Below the pieces are notes generated by a model, which was not told the origin of the DNA, did not search any database, and was given only the letters and a program-made list of their open reading frames with translations. A program made the position numbers and the translations under genes. 64,000 nt of DNA, taken from Eledone cirrhosa (taxonomy: Eukaryota). Shown in pieces: positions 1 through 15,104 of the stretch. The stretch covers positions 83,638,001 to 83,702,000 of the forward strand of contig OZ024743.1 in assembly GCA_964016885.1 (NCBI GenBank). Reading direction: 5' to 3'. How positions within the stretch are numbered: position 1 is the first letter of the stretch; every line of letters begins with the position of its first letter.

Positions 1-586
1 CACATAAATATAATAACATTTTTAATAGAAATACTATTAAAATGTCTTACTCTACAACTCCTAACCTTGCACATAACATCACAACTTCAAATTTAGCTAA
101 ATTACCTAGCCGTAGGAACACGTGTAACCCTGTAGCTAGTACTAACTGTAATTGTAGGAACCGGATTGACTGCCCCCTATCCGGGAAATGCCTCTCTAGT
201 AACATTGTCTACAAATGTAAGGTTGAAACACCCACGTCCCGTAGGGCCTACATAGGTTAACCGCCAATGGATTCAAGCAACGTCTTTACATGCATACCCA
301 TTCTTTTCTTAACCCTTTAAGTAGGAATATGACGTCACTTTCAGCTTATATCTGGAGTCTAAGAGACAACCACACCCAATATAAGTTATACTGGGAGATC
401 CTAGCTAACGCTAGATCGTATAACGGAAATAAAAGACCATGTGACCTCTGCGCCGCTGAGGCCCTGGAAATACTCTGCGCCAAAGACCACATCTTAAACA
501 AAAAATCTGAGCCAATTTCGGCTTTTAAACATAAATTGCACAACACTTTCCTGTATTACAGCCCCACATTATACCCTAACGGATAG
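1..586 (+). pseudogene. Penelope-like element ORF 3' part (Cys-rich linker + GIY-YIG endonuclease), disrupted
   Basis: ORFs 42..260 (CNCR..CPLSGKCLSSNIVYKC..AYIG) and 290..586 (LSAYIW..WEIL..CDLC..E..LNKKSE) match the PLE GIY-YIG layout; stop between them. Confidence 0.85.
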
Positions 587-1374
587 TACGAACTATACGC
601 GGGTATTTTACGTCTTGATGTGGTAGCTAAGTAAATGTTATGTTTATACCATTACTTATTTGTATAGGTAAGTATATTTTACCTGTATGTTTTGTGAAGG
701 TACGTATACTTTCTCGTACTTATATTTGCTTGTATATGTTATGGCGTATATAATATATTATATATTCTGGTACATGTGCATTTGGGTATGTGTATACGTG
801 AATTTTGCGTCTGTGTGAGTATGCGGGTTCGTACGTATGTAGGGTGTGTATATTTGTGTACTTTGTGTTTTGGTTGACGTGAGTGTTTTCGCGTATGCTT
901 GTGTATGTACGTATATGGATGCGTGTATGTATATATTTAATTTCGATTACCTCTGTATTTTATTTACTTTATTCTTAACTCTGAAGCCGAGAATCATTCG
1001 GTTCCCTAGATAGAATTTTAGTCTACGACTTCAGTTATACCATTTACGTGGTTTTGTCTTTGCGTCTAATTGTTCTCACCTCTCCACATAATGACGTATT
1101 ATCTTCGTTTTTTCCGTTCATTGCCAGAGAATGTCTCCATGAACCACCTAATAGAATATTAGTCTACGACTTCATTTATACCATAAACGTGGTTTTGTCT
1201 TTGCGCGTAATTGTTTTCACCGCTCTTAATTATAACGTATTACCTTCGTTTTTTCCGTTTTTTTCGTTCTTTGCCAGGGAACGTTTCCACGAACCAAAGT
1301 ATCGTCTTCCTGTCTTCCTTCGGTTGCAACGTCTTTTGAAATATTCACTTCTGCGTTCACAGATTGACTTTTTT

Positions 1375-1425
1375 AGTTTCAGAAGATCTCGTTACGGGTG
1401 AAAGCAGCGATTCTTTGCTTAAACT
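1375..1425 (+). ncRNA. Type I hammerhead-like motif with CAGAAGA core in the PLE pseudo-LTR
   Basis: AGUUU-CAGAAGA-u-CUCG/CGGG-u-GAAAGCA..UGCUU-AAACU; second copy with same core at 19355..19405 (-). Confidence 0.6.
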
Positions 1426-1449
1426 TTAATCTGTTATTTTAATAAATAA

Positions 1450-1529
<80 letters not shown>

Positions 1530-1544
1530 ATGTGTATATATATA

Positions 1545-2490
<946 letters not shown>

Positions 2491-2508
2491 CGATGGGTGG
2501 AATTAAGT

Positions 2509-2618
<110 letters not shown>

Positions 2619-2799
2619 TAACAGAAGTAACAAAGGAAAGTAAACGTATTCAATTTCAATGGCAGCAACTAATATCTTCCCTGCGTGGAAGTCATACCGT
2701 TATTTAGGTGGCCACTTTAAAATAAACAACAAAATCTGGAAAAAATTGATTAAAGGATCTTTAATTCCTCGATGTTACAGATTTGAGAGGTATTTGACA

Positions 2800-3420
2800 A
2801 CACATTACAATAAATAACAATTTCAGAGGTATTTGACAATCAGGTAGAATTTCGCTTAACGCTGTATCTCAACGAATACATGTTCTGTCTAAATCAAGCC
2901 TTGAATGACCTCTGTGTACGACTGACGTATGTTCTTCCTTACTGTCTGCGCTTGAAACATCTGCTCTATTCATTAGCTCTGTTAGCAGTTATTGTTGTCT
3001 TCCTACTGTTGCATTTCTGCTCGAGTATCAGTATGTTGCTTCGAACTACTTTATTGTGGTTGGATATTTAGTGTTCTATGTTAGACAGCTGTAACTTATT
3101 TTCAGTCTTTTAAATAGATAATGGTATTTTAAATGCTGGAAAGTCGGTATCTATCAGGTTTAAGGAACACTTAGCTACATTTATAGCCAGGTTCTTACAA
3201 TACGGGGGATTGAACCACGTAATTTTCCTAATCGGGATTTGAGTCTAATTGTAGAGGTTTCTGTATATCTTATCTTATAGAATATATCATTATCTGACGA
3301 TGAATTGGACATATTTACTAATATTACTACGAATTTAAAGATCGCCGGCGGATGATTGGCGATTTTATTTATATAAATTTTATCTTTATTCGGTTTATAA
3401 AATGGAAGGTTTTGTTGTTT
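2800..3420 (-). pseudogene. Degenerate Penelope-like RT thumb/linker fragment
   Basis: PFYKPNKDKIYINKIANHPPAIFK in ORF 3181..3459 resembles the PLE PYxKPN..YI..SNHPP motif; boundaries approximate. Confidence 0.6.
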
Positions 3421-3510
3421 ATTCCCACCTGGCCATGTAACGGGCGGCATGGTTCCCACGCAGGTAGACCTTTAGTAGTTTCCAGTGGTGGTTTTAGCTG
3501 ACCGAATTAA

Positions 3511-3575
<65 letters not shown>

Positions 3576-3639
3576 ATACTTTGGGAGGGTCATGTTGCCA
3601 ATTTCAGATAAAGAATCTTGCTAAACAAATTCAGAAACG

Positions 3640-3728
<89 letters not shown>

Positions 3729-4174
3729 GTGTGTGTGTATGTGTGTGATAGATAGAGAGAGAGTGTGTGTGTATGTGTGTACGCGTGCGCGTGTGTATAC
3801 ATATATCTATATAGAGAGAGGGGGGTGCACGTGTGTATATGTGTGCATGTATGTATGCATGTTATTTTATATATATATACATATATGCATATGTACGTAT
3901 GTATACGTATGCATATATATATGTGTGTGTGTACACGCGCTAGTGTGTGTGTGTATGTATACATATGTATGTATGCATGCATGCATATATGTATGTATAT
4001 ATATGCATGTATGTATGTATGTATGTATGTATGTATGTATGTATGTATATACATGTATATGTATATGTGTGTGTTTGTGTGTTCTTCTTTTCCACCCTCC
4101 TCCTCTAAAGTAACACATTTTACAATGTACATAGTGTAGACCATGTAGAGATCTTTGTTGATTGTTTGTCGACA

Positions 4175-4975
4175 GACGTGGTGGTGGAGGGTGGTGTGGT
4201 TGGTGGTGGTGGTGGTGGTGGTGGTGTTGGAGGGTGGTGTGGTTGGTGGTGGTGGTGGTGGTGGTGGTGGTGGTGGAGGGTGGTGTCGTTGGTGGTGGTG
4301 GTGGTGGTGGTATTGGTGGTGGAGGGTGGTGTGGTTGTTGTTATGGAGTCAAGGGTGTGGCTAGGGCTGAGATGATAGTGGTATTGGTAGTGGTGGTGGT
4401 GGTGGAGGGTGGTGGTATTGGTGGCATTGGTGGTATTGGTGGTGGTGGTGGTGGTGGTGCTGCTGTTGGTGCTGTTGGTGCTGTGGTGGTGGTGGTATTG
4501 GTGGTATTGGTGGTGGTGGTGGTGGTGTTGGTGCTGTTGGTGCTGTGGTGGTGTTGATGGTGGTGGTGGTGGTGGTATTGGTGGTGGTGGTGGTGTTGGT
4601 GGTATTGGTGGTGTTGGTGGTGGTGGTGTTGGTGCTGTTGGTGCTGTGGTGGTGTTGGTGGTGTTGATGGTGTTGGTGGTGGTGGTATTGGTGTTGGTGG
4701 TGGTGGTGTTGGTGGTGTTGGTGTTGGTGGTGGTGGTATTGGTGGTGGTGGTGGTGGTGGTGGTATTGGTGGTGGTGGTGGTGTTGGTGGCGTTGGTGCT
4801 GTTGGTGGTGGTGGTGGTTGTGGTATTGGTGGTGGTGTTGGTGATTTTGGTGGTATTGGTGGTGTTGGTGGTGGTGGTGGTGGTGTTGGTGCTGTGGTGC
4901 TGTTGGTGGTGTTGATGGTGATGGTGCTGTTGGTGCTGTGGTGGTGTTGGTGGTGTTGATGGTGATGGTGCTGTT
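4175..4975. repeat. (GGT)n-based low-complexity tract
   Basis: Direct reading. Confidence 0.95.
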
Positions 4976-6390
4976 GGTGACGTAGTCGTTGTGATGGTGG
5001 TGTAGTTTGAGTTGTGGTGATGGTGGTGTTGGTGACGAGGTCGTTGTGATGGTGGTGTAGTTTGGGTTGTGGTGACGGTGGTGTCGATGACGTAGTCGTT
5101 GTGATGGTGGTGTAGTTTGGGTTGTGGTGACGGTGGTGTCGATGACGTAGTCGTTGTGATGGTGGTGTAGTTTGGGTTGTGGTGACGGTGGTGTCGATGA
5201 CGTAGTCGTTGTGATGGTGGTGTAGTTTGGGTTGTGGTGACGGTGGTGTCGATGACGTAGTCGTTGTGATGGTGGTGTAGTTTGGGTTGTGGTGATGGTG
5301 GTGTTGGTGACGTAATCGTTGTGATGGTGGTGTAGTTTGAGTTGTGGTGATGGTGGTGTTGGTGACGTAGTCGTTGTGATGGTGGTGTAGTTTGGGTTGT
5401 GGTGACGGTGGTGTCGATGACGTAGTCGTTGTGATGGTGGTGTAGTTTGGGTTGTGGTGACGGTGGTGTCGATGACGTAGTCGTTGTGATGGTGGTGTAG
5501 TTTGGGTTGTGGTGACGGTGGTGTCGATGACGTAGTCGTTGTGATGGTGGTGTAGTTTGGGTTGTGGTGACGGTGGTGTCGATGACGTAGTCGTTGTGAT
5601 GGTGGTGTAGTTTGGGTTGTGGTGACGGTGGTGTCGATGACGTAGTCGTTGTGATGGTGGTGTAGTTTGGGTTGTGGTGACGGTGGTGTCGATGACGTAG
5701 TCGTTGTGATGGTGGTGTAGTTTGGGTTGTGGTGACGGTGGTGTCGATGACGTAGTCGTTGTGATGGTGGTGTAGTTTGGGTTGTGGTGATGGTGGTGTT
5801 GGTGACGTAATCGTTGTGATGGTGGTGTAGTTTGAGTTGTGGTGATGGTGGTGTTGGTGACGTAGTCGTTGTGATGGTGGTGTAGTTTGGGTTGTGGTGA
5901 CGGTGGTGTCGATGACGTAGTCGTTGTGATGGTGGTGTAGTTTGGGTTGTGGTGACGGTGGTGTCGATGACGTAGTCGTTGTGATGGTGGTGTAGTTTGG
6001 GTTGTGGTGACGGTGGTGTCGATGACGTAGTCGTTGTGATGGTGGTGTAGTTTGGGTTGTGGTGACGGTGGTGTCGATGACGTAGTCGTTGTGATGGTGG
6101 TGTAGTTTGGGTTGTGGTGACGGTGTTGTCGATGACGTAGTCGTTGTGATGGTGGTGTAGTTTGGGTTGTGGTGACGGTGGTGTCGATGACGTAGTCGTT
6201 GTGATGGTGGTGTAGTTTGGGTTGTGGTGACGGTGGTGTCGATGACGTAGTCGTTGTGATGGTGGTGTAGTTTGGGTTGTGGTGACGGTGGTGTCGATGA
6301 CGTAGTCGTTGTGATGGTGGTGTAGTTTGGGTTGTGGTGACGGTGGTGTCGATGACGTAGTCGTTGTGATGGTGGTGTGGTTTGGGTTGT
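4976..6390. repeat. 55-bp minisatellite, ~25-26 near-identical copies
   Basis: Unit GATGACGTAGTCGTTGTGATGGTGGTGTAGTTTGGGTTGTGGTGACGGTGGTGTC recurs every 55 nt (e.g. 5141, 5196). Confidence 0.95.
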
Positions 6391-6708
6391 GTTTTCGTTG
6401 ACACTACTTTATTTGTGACGCTGTATTATAGAATATGTTTCGGTTTGATATATTATATCATGTATATGAATATATATAAATAATCCGGAACTAATATATA
6501 TATATAATATAGTAATTGATGGTATATGATATGGCTGTTGTATAAAATTGTAATATTGTTTTGTCTATGGTCGCTTAACTCCTGAGAATCGATCGAAGGG
6601 TCATTTAAACTTGGCGAAGCCCATCTTTCACTATGTTTGAACAAAGCCGCTGATCTCTTCGAGAGAAAAGGGGGATGAGAGTGAGTGAGAAAGAGTGAAA
6701 GAGCGAGC

Positions 6709-6784
<76 letters not shown>

Positions 6785-6789
6785 CAGCC

Positions 6790-7400
6790 TAAGTACACTG
6801 GACTGGTATTTTATTGACCTCAAAACGGATGAAAAAGGAAGTTGACCTGAGCGGGGTTTGAACTCTAGACTATCCAACGTTCTAACGACTTTGACAATTC
6901 GCCGCCTTACAGGTTTTATCTACGAAACCTTAAACCGTATTTACAGTCTTTTAGTCATTATTGTTATAAGAACAACATAGCTGTAGATTGGCAGAATCTA
7001 CAGCTATGTTGAAGTATTTCGAAGTATTTCGTTACTGCCCTCTATGTTCTGGTTTCAAATCCAACCGAAGTCAACATTTCCTTTCGGCCTTCCAGGGTCT
7101 ATAAAATAAAGTACCAATCCAGTCCAACACTGGGGTTGATTGAACCCACTTTCTACTCCTCACAAATTGTTGGCCCAGTGCATAAATTAGAATCTATTTT
7201 TAATTATAAGAAGAGTGGACGGCAGAATTACTATATTTAGTTACTCCCACCCATTTTATAATTTGAGTTCAAATCCAAACTTAGTAGGATTTTATTTTCA
7301 TCCTTTCGGGGTTGGTATAATGAAATAGCAGGCCAGTACTACAGTTGGTATAATCAATTGTGTCCTCCCCTCAAAATTTAAGCAAACCTTGAAACTATGT
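6790..7400. mobile_element. Three old tRNA-derived SINE copies (one -, two +)
   Basis: GTTCAAATCC B-box followed by degenerate TTTCATCCTTTCGGGGTCGATAAAATAAAGTACCAG core; also 13850..13990 (-), 22535..22680 (+), 45420..45522 (-), 51160..51345 (+). Confidence 0.75.
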
Positions 7401-7793
7401 TAGAAATTTGAATCTATGTTAGAAACCTTGTATTTATGTTATAAACTTTGAACCTCAGTCACAAATCAATATTGTATTTTGTTGATTATATTTTTTTTTC
7501 TGTGCATCATGCCAAGATAGACATGGCTGTGTAGATAAGTATTTAGCAAAAATTAAGTGGTTTCGGGTACAATTTTACTGAGTGGTACCATGAAAAAATG
7601 CGTTATACTGTACTGTATTGTTATACGATTGTTATGGGTCGTCTAAAGTCATATGAACAGAATTTGTTAGATGGAAAACTGTTGCAAGTATTCGAATCAA
7701 ATCTTTGGATCAAGTCTTCAGGTCAAGTCTTCGAATCAAGTCTTCGATAAAGTATTCGGATCAACTCTTTGATCAAGTCTTCGGTACGAGGAT

Positions 7794-7919
<126 letters not shown>

Positions 7920-8970
7920 CAATCACAGAAGCAGTAAGAACTAGTCAAGAGCGCTGCCCTAACTCATCTGACTAAGCAATTAAAAAGTTGCTGTCCTATC
8001 TCCTCAGACAAAACAATTACGAAGTTGCATGAAAGATATTTAAGCCTGAAAACTACTCGAAGTAAATTAAGAAGGAAGAACAATAAAGGAAACCAAAAAC
8101 CAAAAGTGAAAGCCGAAACGAAAAACAAAAAGTGCAGAAATCTTACGTTACTGCATCTTTACCTCGTTTTGTCTTCCTTTCTATTCACCAGAACAAAAGT
8201 TGGTTTTATATTTAAAGTGATGCGGAATTACGAAAATCTACCTATTTTTTGTTTGTTTTTTGTCATTTGTTTTATTTAATTTTTATTCTGCCTTTCTTTT
8301 ATTACTTTATTTATTTGTCTTGAATCTAATCTGTTGCATCTTTAGCTTACTTACAAAAGTCAGTACTTTACATGAGATATTTTACATGAGGTTGGAGTAG
8401 TGGAGGTGTTATATAGGAGTGGTGATGGTCTGGTGGTGGTGGTTTGGAGGTTGTGGTGGTGGTGGTGGTCTGGTGGTGGTGGTAGTGGTTATGGTGGTGG
8501 TGGTGGTGGTGGTGGTGATGATGGTGGTGGTGGTTTTAGTGGTGATGGGGGGGGGGGTCCGGTGGTGGTGGTAGTGGGAGTGAGGGTGGTGTGGTTGAGG
8601 TGTGGTGCTGATAGTATTGGTGGTGGAGGTGGAGCGGGTGCTGCTGATAATGCTGGTGGTTGAGGTGTTGGTGCCTAAAGTATTGGTGGTGGTAATGTAC
8701 TTGTAATAGTAGTAGTGGTGGTGGTGATGTGATGGTAGATGTAGTAGTAGTGGTGATGTGATGGTAGAGGTAGTAGTAGTGGTGATGATGTTAAGATAAG
8801 GAGTGTTGTTTCATCTCTCTGTGGAAGGTATGTTTTCAGCAATTGTACCAACATACTGTCATTTGGTTTGCGGCGGAGTTTGCACACGTCCTCCGTGTGC
8901 TTTCATTTCTTTCTCTCTCTCTTTCCTCGACATACGCATGCTTGTATGTATGTCTATACATACATACAAT

Positions 8971-9029
<59 letters not shown>

Positions 9030-9187
9030 TAAAATTAGTATATCTACCAACATATTTATACAGATGTATACTTACGCTAGCAAAGATATAGGTTTTGTCT
9101 TGGTAACTTTGTGGTTCGATACAGAGATGTAGAACAATTATATAAAGGACGTAAAATAAGAAATTATAGTAATTAACTCATAATGAG

Positions 9188-9275
<88 letters not shown>

Positions 9276-9285
9276 TATATATATA

Positions 9286-10019
9286 CAGGGCGTGGACGAT
9301 ATTTGTTCGCAATTTTCAACTGCTAATTTTATGCAAATTTTTTTTTACTTCCGTTTCACTCTTCTCTTCATAAAAACAGTGACTATATTTCCATTATTTA
9401 TTTTTAGAATAATTGATTATGAATAATTTTGAACCTCCAAATTTGTGTAAGAGACACGGTGTTCTTCTTGGAATCCACCTCACTTCTTCCTTGAGGGCCT
9501 CAAGCTGAACACCAATGGCTACATCCGCATTCTGAGCGAGGTAGTAAAGCCCTGGATCGACCAGGTAGCTGCAGGTAGGCCGTACGTGTGGCAGCAAGAC
9601 TCAGCGCCCTGCCATACCAGCCGAAAGACCCAAGCCTGGCTGTCAGAGAACTTCGTCGACCACACTTCACCTGACATCTGGCCTCCCAGCTCGCGTGACT
9701 GCAACCCCCTCGACTTCTTTGTGTGGGGCGCAGTGGAACGAGACACCAACATATCTAGCTGCAATACGAAAGACGATCTGAAGGCCAGGATCACAAGTGC
9801 CTTTAGGGGCCTAAGTCGGGGGACAGTGACGAAGGCCTGTAGCCAGTTCCGAGGCCGCCTTGAGGCCGTCATCAAAGCCAATGGCGGGTTTATCGAGTGA
9901 GATCGAAAGAAGAAGTCATGAAGACAAACTGGCCCATGTTTGATAAATATATCTTGAAAAATAAATCTACTGTGTTATTTTTATCCTAGACAGAAAGCTT
10001 GCAAACAGTCCGCACCCTG
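9286..10019 (+). mobile_element. Internally deleted Tc1/mariner transposon, DD37D (maT-type) transposase C-terminus
   Basis: ORF 9586..9900 WQQDSAPCH..WPPSSRDCNPLDFFVWG with 37 aa between the last two Asp; imperfect TIRs TA-CAGGGCGTGGAC / GTCCGCACCCTG-TA. Confidence 0.85.
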
Positions 10020-10027
10020 TATATACA

Positions 10028-10074
<47 letters not shown>

Positions 10075-10092
10075 TGCATATACTGTATATAG

Positions 10093-10180
<88 letters not shown>

Positions 10181-10315
10181 TGGAAGATCACAAATCTGTG
10201 TAGTACCCTATGAATGATGAGATGCAGAATGAATGTATTGAAAAAGTACCTCTTCAATGTATATATATATATATAATGACGAAAACCCAAGGTCAACAAC
10301 TAACCTCCATTCTTC

Positions 10316-10438
10316 AATTTCTACGTATGTTTCTATAGAGGTGATAATGGTACATGCTTTAAGTTAATCAAACACATTCAATTAGCAATTATTTACACAA
10401 AACCTAATATATATAACATCTGCATGTCATCAGGAATT
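10316..10438 (-). ncRNA. Type I hammerhead with long stem II insertion
   Basis: UUC-CUGAUGA-c..~90 nt..a-GAAAC-auac-GUA-GAA. Confidence 0.55.
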
Positions 10439-10552
10439 ATAAAAAGGGATAAAGTTTAATCAAATACAAACTCTAACAATAGACACTATATCAAATGTTG
10501 GACGTTAGTAAACATATAACGAACGACGTACTTGAAGTAGTTTTAACATGTG

Positions 10553-10596
<44 letters not shown>

Positions 10597-10862
10597 ATGA
10601 AATACCAATGATGGTTGGCAAATCACTGATGAGGGACTAATTTTATAATATGTAACCCATGTGCAACCACGCAGTATTCCTCTTTCTTCCCATGTTTTTT
10701 ATTTATATATATATATATAAACTCCCCGTTGACTCTTTAATGTTCTCAAAAGTATTTACAGAACCCTATAAAGTTCCTATGTTGTTTAGATGATAATAAT
10801 AAAAATAAGCTACCTCAAGTTAGATTATTTATTTTTACACACACACACACACACACACACAA

Positions 10863-10941
<79 letters not shown>

Positions 10942-11001
10942 GAGTGTCCTCCCAAAATGTATACACACTTCAACACCATTCTAATCAAAGTCTGTATACA
11001 T

Positions 11002-11089
<88 letters not shown>

Positions 11090-11941
11090 TACAATGGAAG
11101 TTGAATGAAAGGAAAGCTCCATTTTTCAGGAGACCTCTTTGAAGTCTGGTTTTATATCTGACAGCTGGATTCTCATAACTTGTCTCAGTATTCGGTTTAT
11201 TGCGGCGATTAGTTGTTGTTGCTTGTTTTTTTTTTTTTGTTTTTTTTTGTATACACAGAAGATTTTGCTTCACATAAATATAAATAGGTGTAAAGAGGTA
11301 CCATATGTATGTATATCTTTTATTTGTAACATATCACAAGCACTGCATAGTTACTGAATATTTCCGTTAACTGGCAGGAAAAGATGAATCAATATCATAC
11401 TATGGCTCTGACATGTCAATTAATCTAACTCCTGCAACTGGTGAAATCAGTCGTTACAGTACCACACTTAAAGTTTAACTGTGTGTTTATCATGGCATAT
11501 CGGTAGACCTTAGAAATACTTGGCAATTCCTATCTCTCCCAACTGGGCAACCAGTCGTTGGGGTACCACTCTAGGTGTTTGACTATGTGTCCACAATTGC
11601 ATATCTACGGGACTTAGAAATGTTTGCTGGTGCCCATTTCCCTGTAACTACTGCAGCGAGTTGTCGTGGTGCCCCTTTCGATGTTTGATAGTAGATCCAC
11701 CATGGTATTTCAATGAGCCTTAGAAATCCTTGGCGGTGCCCATTTCTTCTTCAAGCGCCCAGGACCTCAATAAATTTAGTTTACCAGCAGAAGCAATAAC
11801 TGAAGCGTTCCGGAACCAGAGGTGTGTGTGTGTTTTCCGTATGTGTGTCTTTTTTATACACAATTGACATACATTCATACATACATATACATATACATAT
11901 ACATACATACATACAAATATACAAACCTACATGCATACATA

Positions 11942-12557
11942 CATGGTGGCTGCCAACTCGTTTTCGAGTACGGCCACTAGTTTATATCCATGTAGGAGAA
12001 CCCCTACTGATGCGCTGAACAAGTGTGACTTTTTAGTCCAGCCAGCGACTTGAAAACTCTGGTACAAACACTACACTTGTGACAATTATTGACACATAGT
12101 GCTGGGCCCATGGTACCCCATGTGATGACAAGTGCAGAGAGATCTCCAGATATAAAGCAATGCCTGTGCTGTAAAGCTTTTATAGTGAGCAAAGGCACTG
12201 CACAAAGCCAGTCCCACTCTCTTAACCAAGATGATATTTACCAAAAAGAAGAACAAGTCAACATCATTGGATACTATCAGGGTTGCAGGTGTTATATCAG
12301 AGTTTTCCTTCTCCTAGAATTCTGCCTTGACAAAGGCTAAGGGGTCATCTCTCCCGGTGATTTTGGATGGCCATCGACTCTTAAGAGCGCCTTTTCCCTT
12401 TGACAGGTTTTGTTTTTAGTCCTGCAGGATGTCCAAAGTCACCCTCCTCACCAAGAAACCTTGGTGGGGTTGCCAGTTTAGTCGCCAACGACCCGACCAT
12501 GAGACAGGTTGTACTGGGATACATGTTACTAGTAGCACCAACTGGTGACCTGACATA
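11942..12557 (-). mobile_element. ~610-bp non-autonomous RTE-derived repeat
   Basis: Near-identical to 17150..17762 (+) and 45587..46002 (+); carries C2H2-like [19 protein letters not shown] remnant and RTE-like 3' end. Confidence 0.8.
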
Positions 12558-13302
12558 TGGTATACAAACATACAAACATACATACATACATACAAACATA
12601 CCTACTCACATACATACAAACATACATACAAACATACATACAAACATACATGCTCACATACCTACATGCATTCATACAAACATACATACATACATATATA
12701 TACATACTTACATATATACATACATACTTTCTTGTGAAGAGCACCTTCAACTTAATCTCAACTTTGTTCTATCCCGACATAATACGTCATTTGATTGATT
12801 ACTCCCCTTTAGTATTCGCTCTCCAATTATATATGTTTTCTTGTCTTATTCAACTGATTTCGAGTTTCCCTTGTCTGTGTGGAATGGCATGATATTTAAA
12901 CAAACATAGTTAATATTTCATAGTTTAGACAGGAGTTTAATGTTAACTCTGCTGAATTTCTCTGCCATAAACGACCTGAAAGCAGTCCCCTGAGACAACA
13001 ACTCAACATCGTTATTGATATGTCTTTATGTCTATATACATACATGTCAATTATGATGTATACGTTTATATATACCTTATATATATGTGTGTGTGTGGGG
13101 GGGGGGTTTATACATATATATATATATGTTTATGTATATATACATATATGTATGTGTGTGTGAATGTATATCCAAACATATATATATGAAAAAAAGTCCC
13201 GTGTGGCTAAATAAACATGAAGGAATAAAGAATGTGGGCGAAGACAGGAAAATGAACAAATATAGACAGAAGTCCCATCTCATAACTACAAGAGATGCGT
13301 TG

Positions 13303-13380
<78 letters not shown>

Positions 13381-13499
13381 TTTAGTACAGCATCAACGAA
13401 GCTTTTGGTAGCAGCCAAGCTAACGAATGCAGTTTCGGTGTGCAGCTAAGCACTCAATGGAGAATATTACCCCAGAGTTATAACATTACGTTTAGCCAT

Positions 13500-13562
<63 letters not shown>

Positions 13563-14269
13563 TTAGTTAGATATATATACATGTGTATATCGAAAAATAT
13601 ATATATGGATATCCAAATATATATATATATGTGAGTGTGTGTGTGTGTGTACACTTATATATATGTATGATATGGTATGAATCCGTAACTCCCGGGGAGT
13701 CGTAGGGACGCCGTATTGACATACCACGTTTCTAGGGCATTTTTTAAAACTTGACAAATCCCATCTTCTCTCCAGGTCTGAATACAGCAGATTTCTTCAG
13801 AGAAAGATAGAAAATGAGAGAGAGGAAATGAGAAAGAGATATAGAGGAAGAATCGACCCCAGTACTAGACTGGTACTTTTTTTATCGACCTCGAAAAGAT
13901 GAAAGGCAAAGTTGACCTCGGCGGGATTTGAACTCAGAGAGCAGAAGGCCAAAACGAATACCGCAAAGTATTCTATACAACGTTTTAACGACTTATACTT
14001 ATATACCCACCATATATATATATATATATATATATATGCAAAAGTTCTATTTAAAATTGTTGGGATACAACAAGTAAATATTTTATAACTGATATAAAGC
14101 ACTCGACAAGTTTTTGGAGTAGATATACGATATTAATAAATGGAAACTATATTTATAAAACCATATTTATTTCATTATACATATTTCAGGGATACCAAAT
14201 TAAAACATGGTATGCCCTCAGCATTTAATAGGGTACGTCAAAATTATTTATAAAACTGTTTATATATTG

Positions 14270-14334
14270 TATTTTGTCTGATGAAGGCATACCATATTTT
14301 AATTTGGTATCCCTGAAATATGTATAATGAAATA
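14270..14334 (+). ncRNA. Type I hammerhead within an inverted-repeat PLE remnant (14040..14375)
   Basis: UAUUUUGU-CUGAUGA-AGG.AUACCA/UGGUAU.CCU-GAAAUAuguAUA-AUGAAAUA; arms ~14127..14222 and ~14280..14375 are inverted copies. Confidence 0.65.
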
Positions 14335-14374
14335 AATATGGTTTTATAAATATAGTTTCCATTTATTAATATCG

Positions 14375-14448
<74 letters not shown>

Positions 14449-14453
14449 CGTGC

Positions 14454-14509
<56 letters not shown>

Positions 14510-14806
14510 ACTTTGATAACTTAGATAGGTTTCGGCCAACATTGGCCCAGGCCATGTCTAACTTAATAACGCCACCTGGCGAAGTGTTTCAGAACAGGAT
14601 TTGGACACCATGATATACATAAGTATGTTGTTGTTTTGGGATCTCCGTTGCTTTCGTCGATGAGTATTCCAGTTGATTCAATCATAATGTAAATAGTTGA
14701 ACATTCTACAGAACCGTGGCCCCTGAATGTAGTTCTGAGGGAGACTCAGTGTAACATGGTATTGAGTTCTTCTTCTCCAGTTCGTGTCAAAACCAACGGA
14801 TATCTT

Positions 14807-14839
<33 letters not shown>

Positions 14840-15030
14840 ACTGTTATATGTTTTACCGAAGATTGGCTTGAGATATTCATCGATGTTATAGACTTGACTC
14901 CAATAGGAGATGCAAGTATTTTGATTGAGTCTGAGAAACAGATCGATGTTAGAGTCAGGTTTATCACATCATGCCAATATTCTGTGAAATTCTGAGAAAA
15001 TGTAGGAAACGCAAACACAGAATGGCCAGC

Positions 15031-15104
15031 AGCCGCTGCAGGAAATCGAACTCAGTGTCTCTCAAATTCCAACTGAATACTCTAAACCATTGAGCTAAAC
15101 GACC
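15031..15104 (-). pseudogene. tRNA-like sequence (SINE head or tRNA pseudogene)
   Basis: A-box TAGCTCAATGG, B-box GAGTTCGATT, wobble-rich acceptor stem GGTCGTT/AGCGGCT. Confidence 0.55.

Noticed and set aside
4976-6390. CRISPR-like array
   Set aside because: No unique spacers, no cas genes, eukaryotic context
4341-6404. 687-aa His/Thr/Pro-rich ORF as a mucin/extensin-like gene
   Set aside because: Arises from a 55-bp unit read through three frames plus (ACC)n; no signal peptide or splice evidence
11440-11750. Degenerate ~105-bp triple repeat; similar old repeats at 23480..23690 and 38760..39330
   Set aside because: Ordinary decayed tandem repeats with no supportable function
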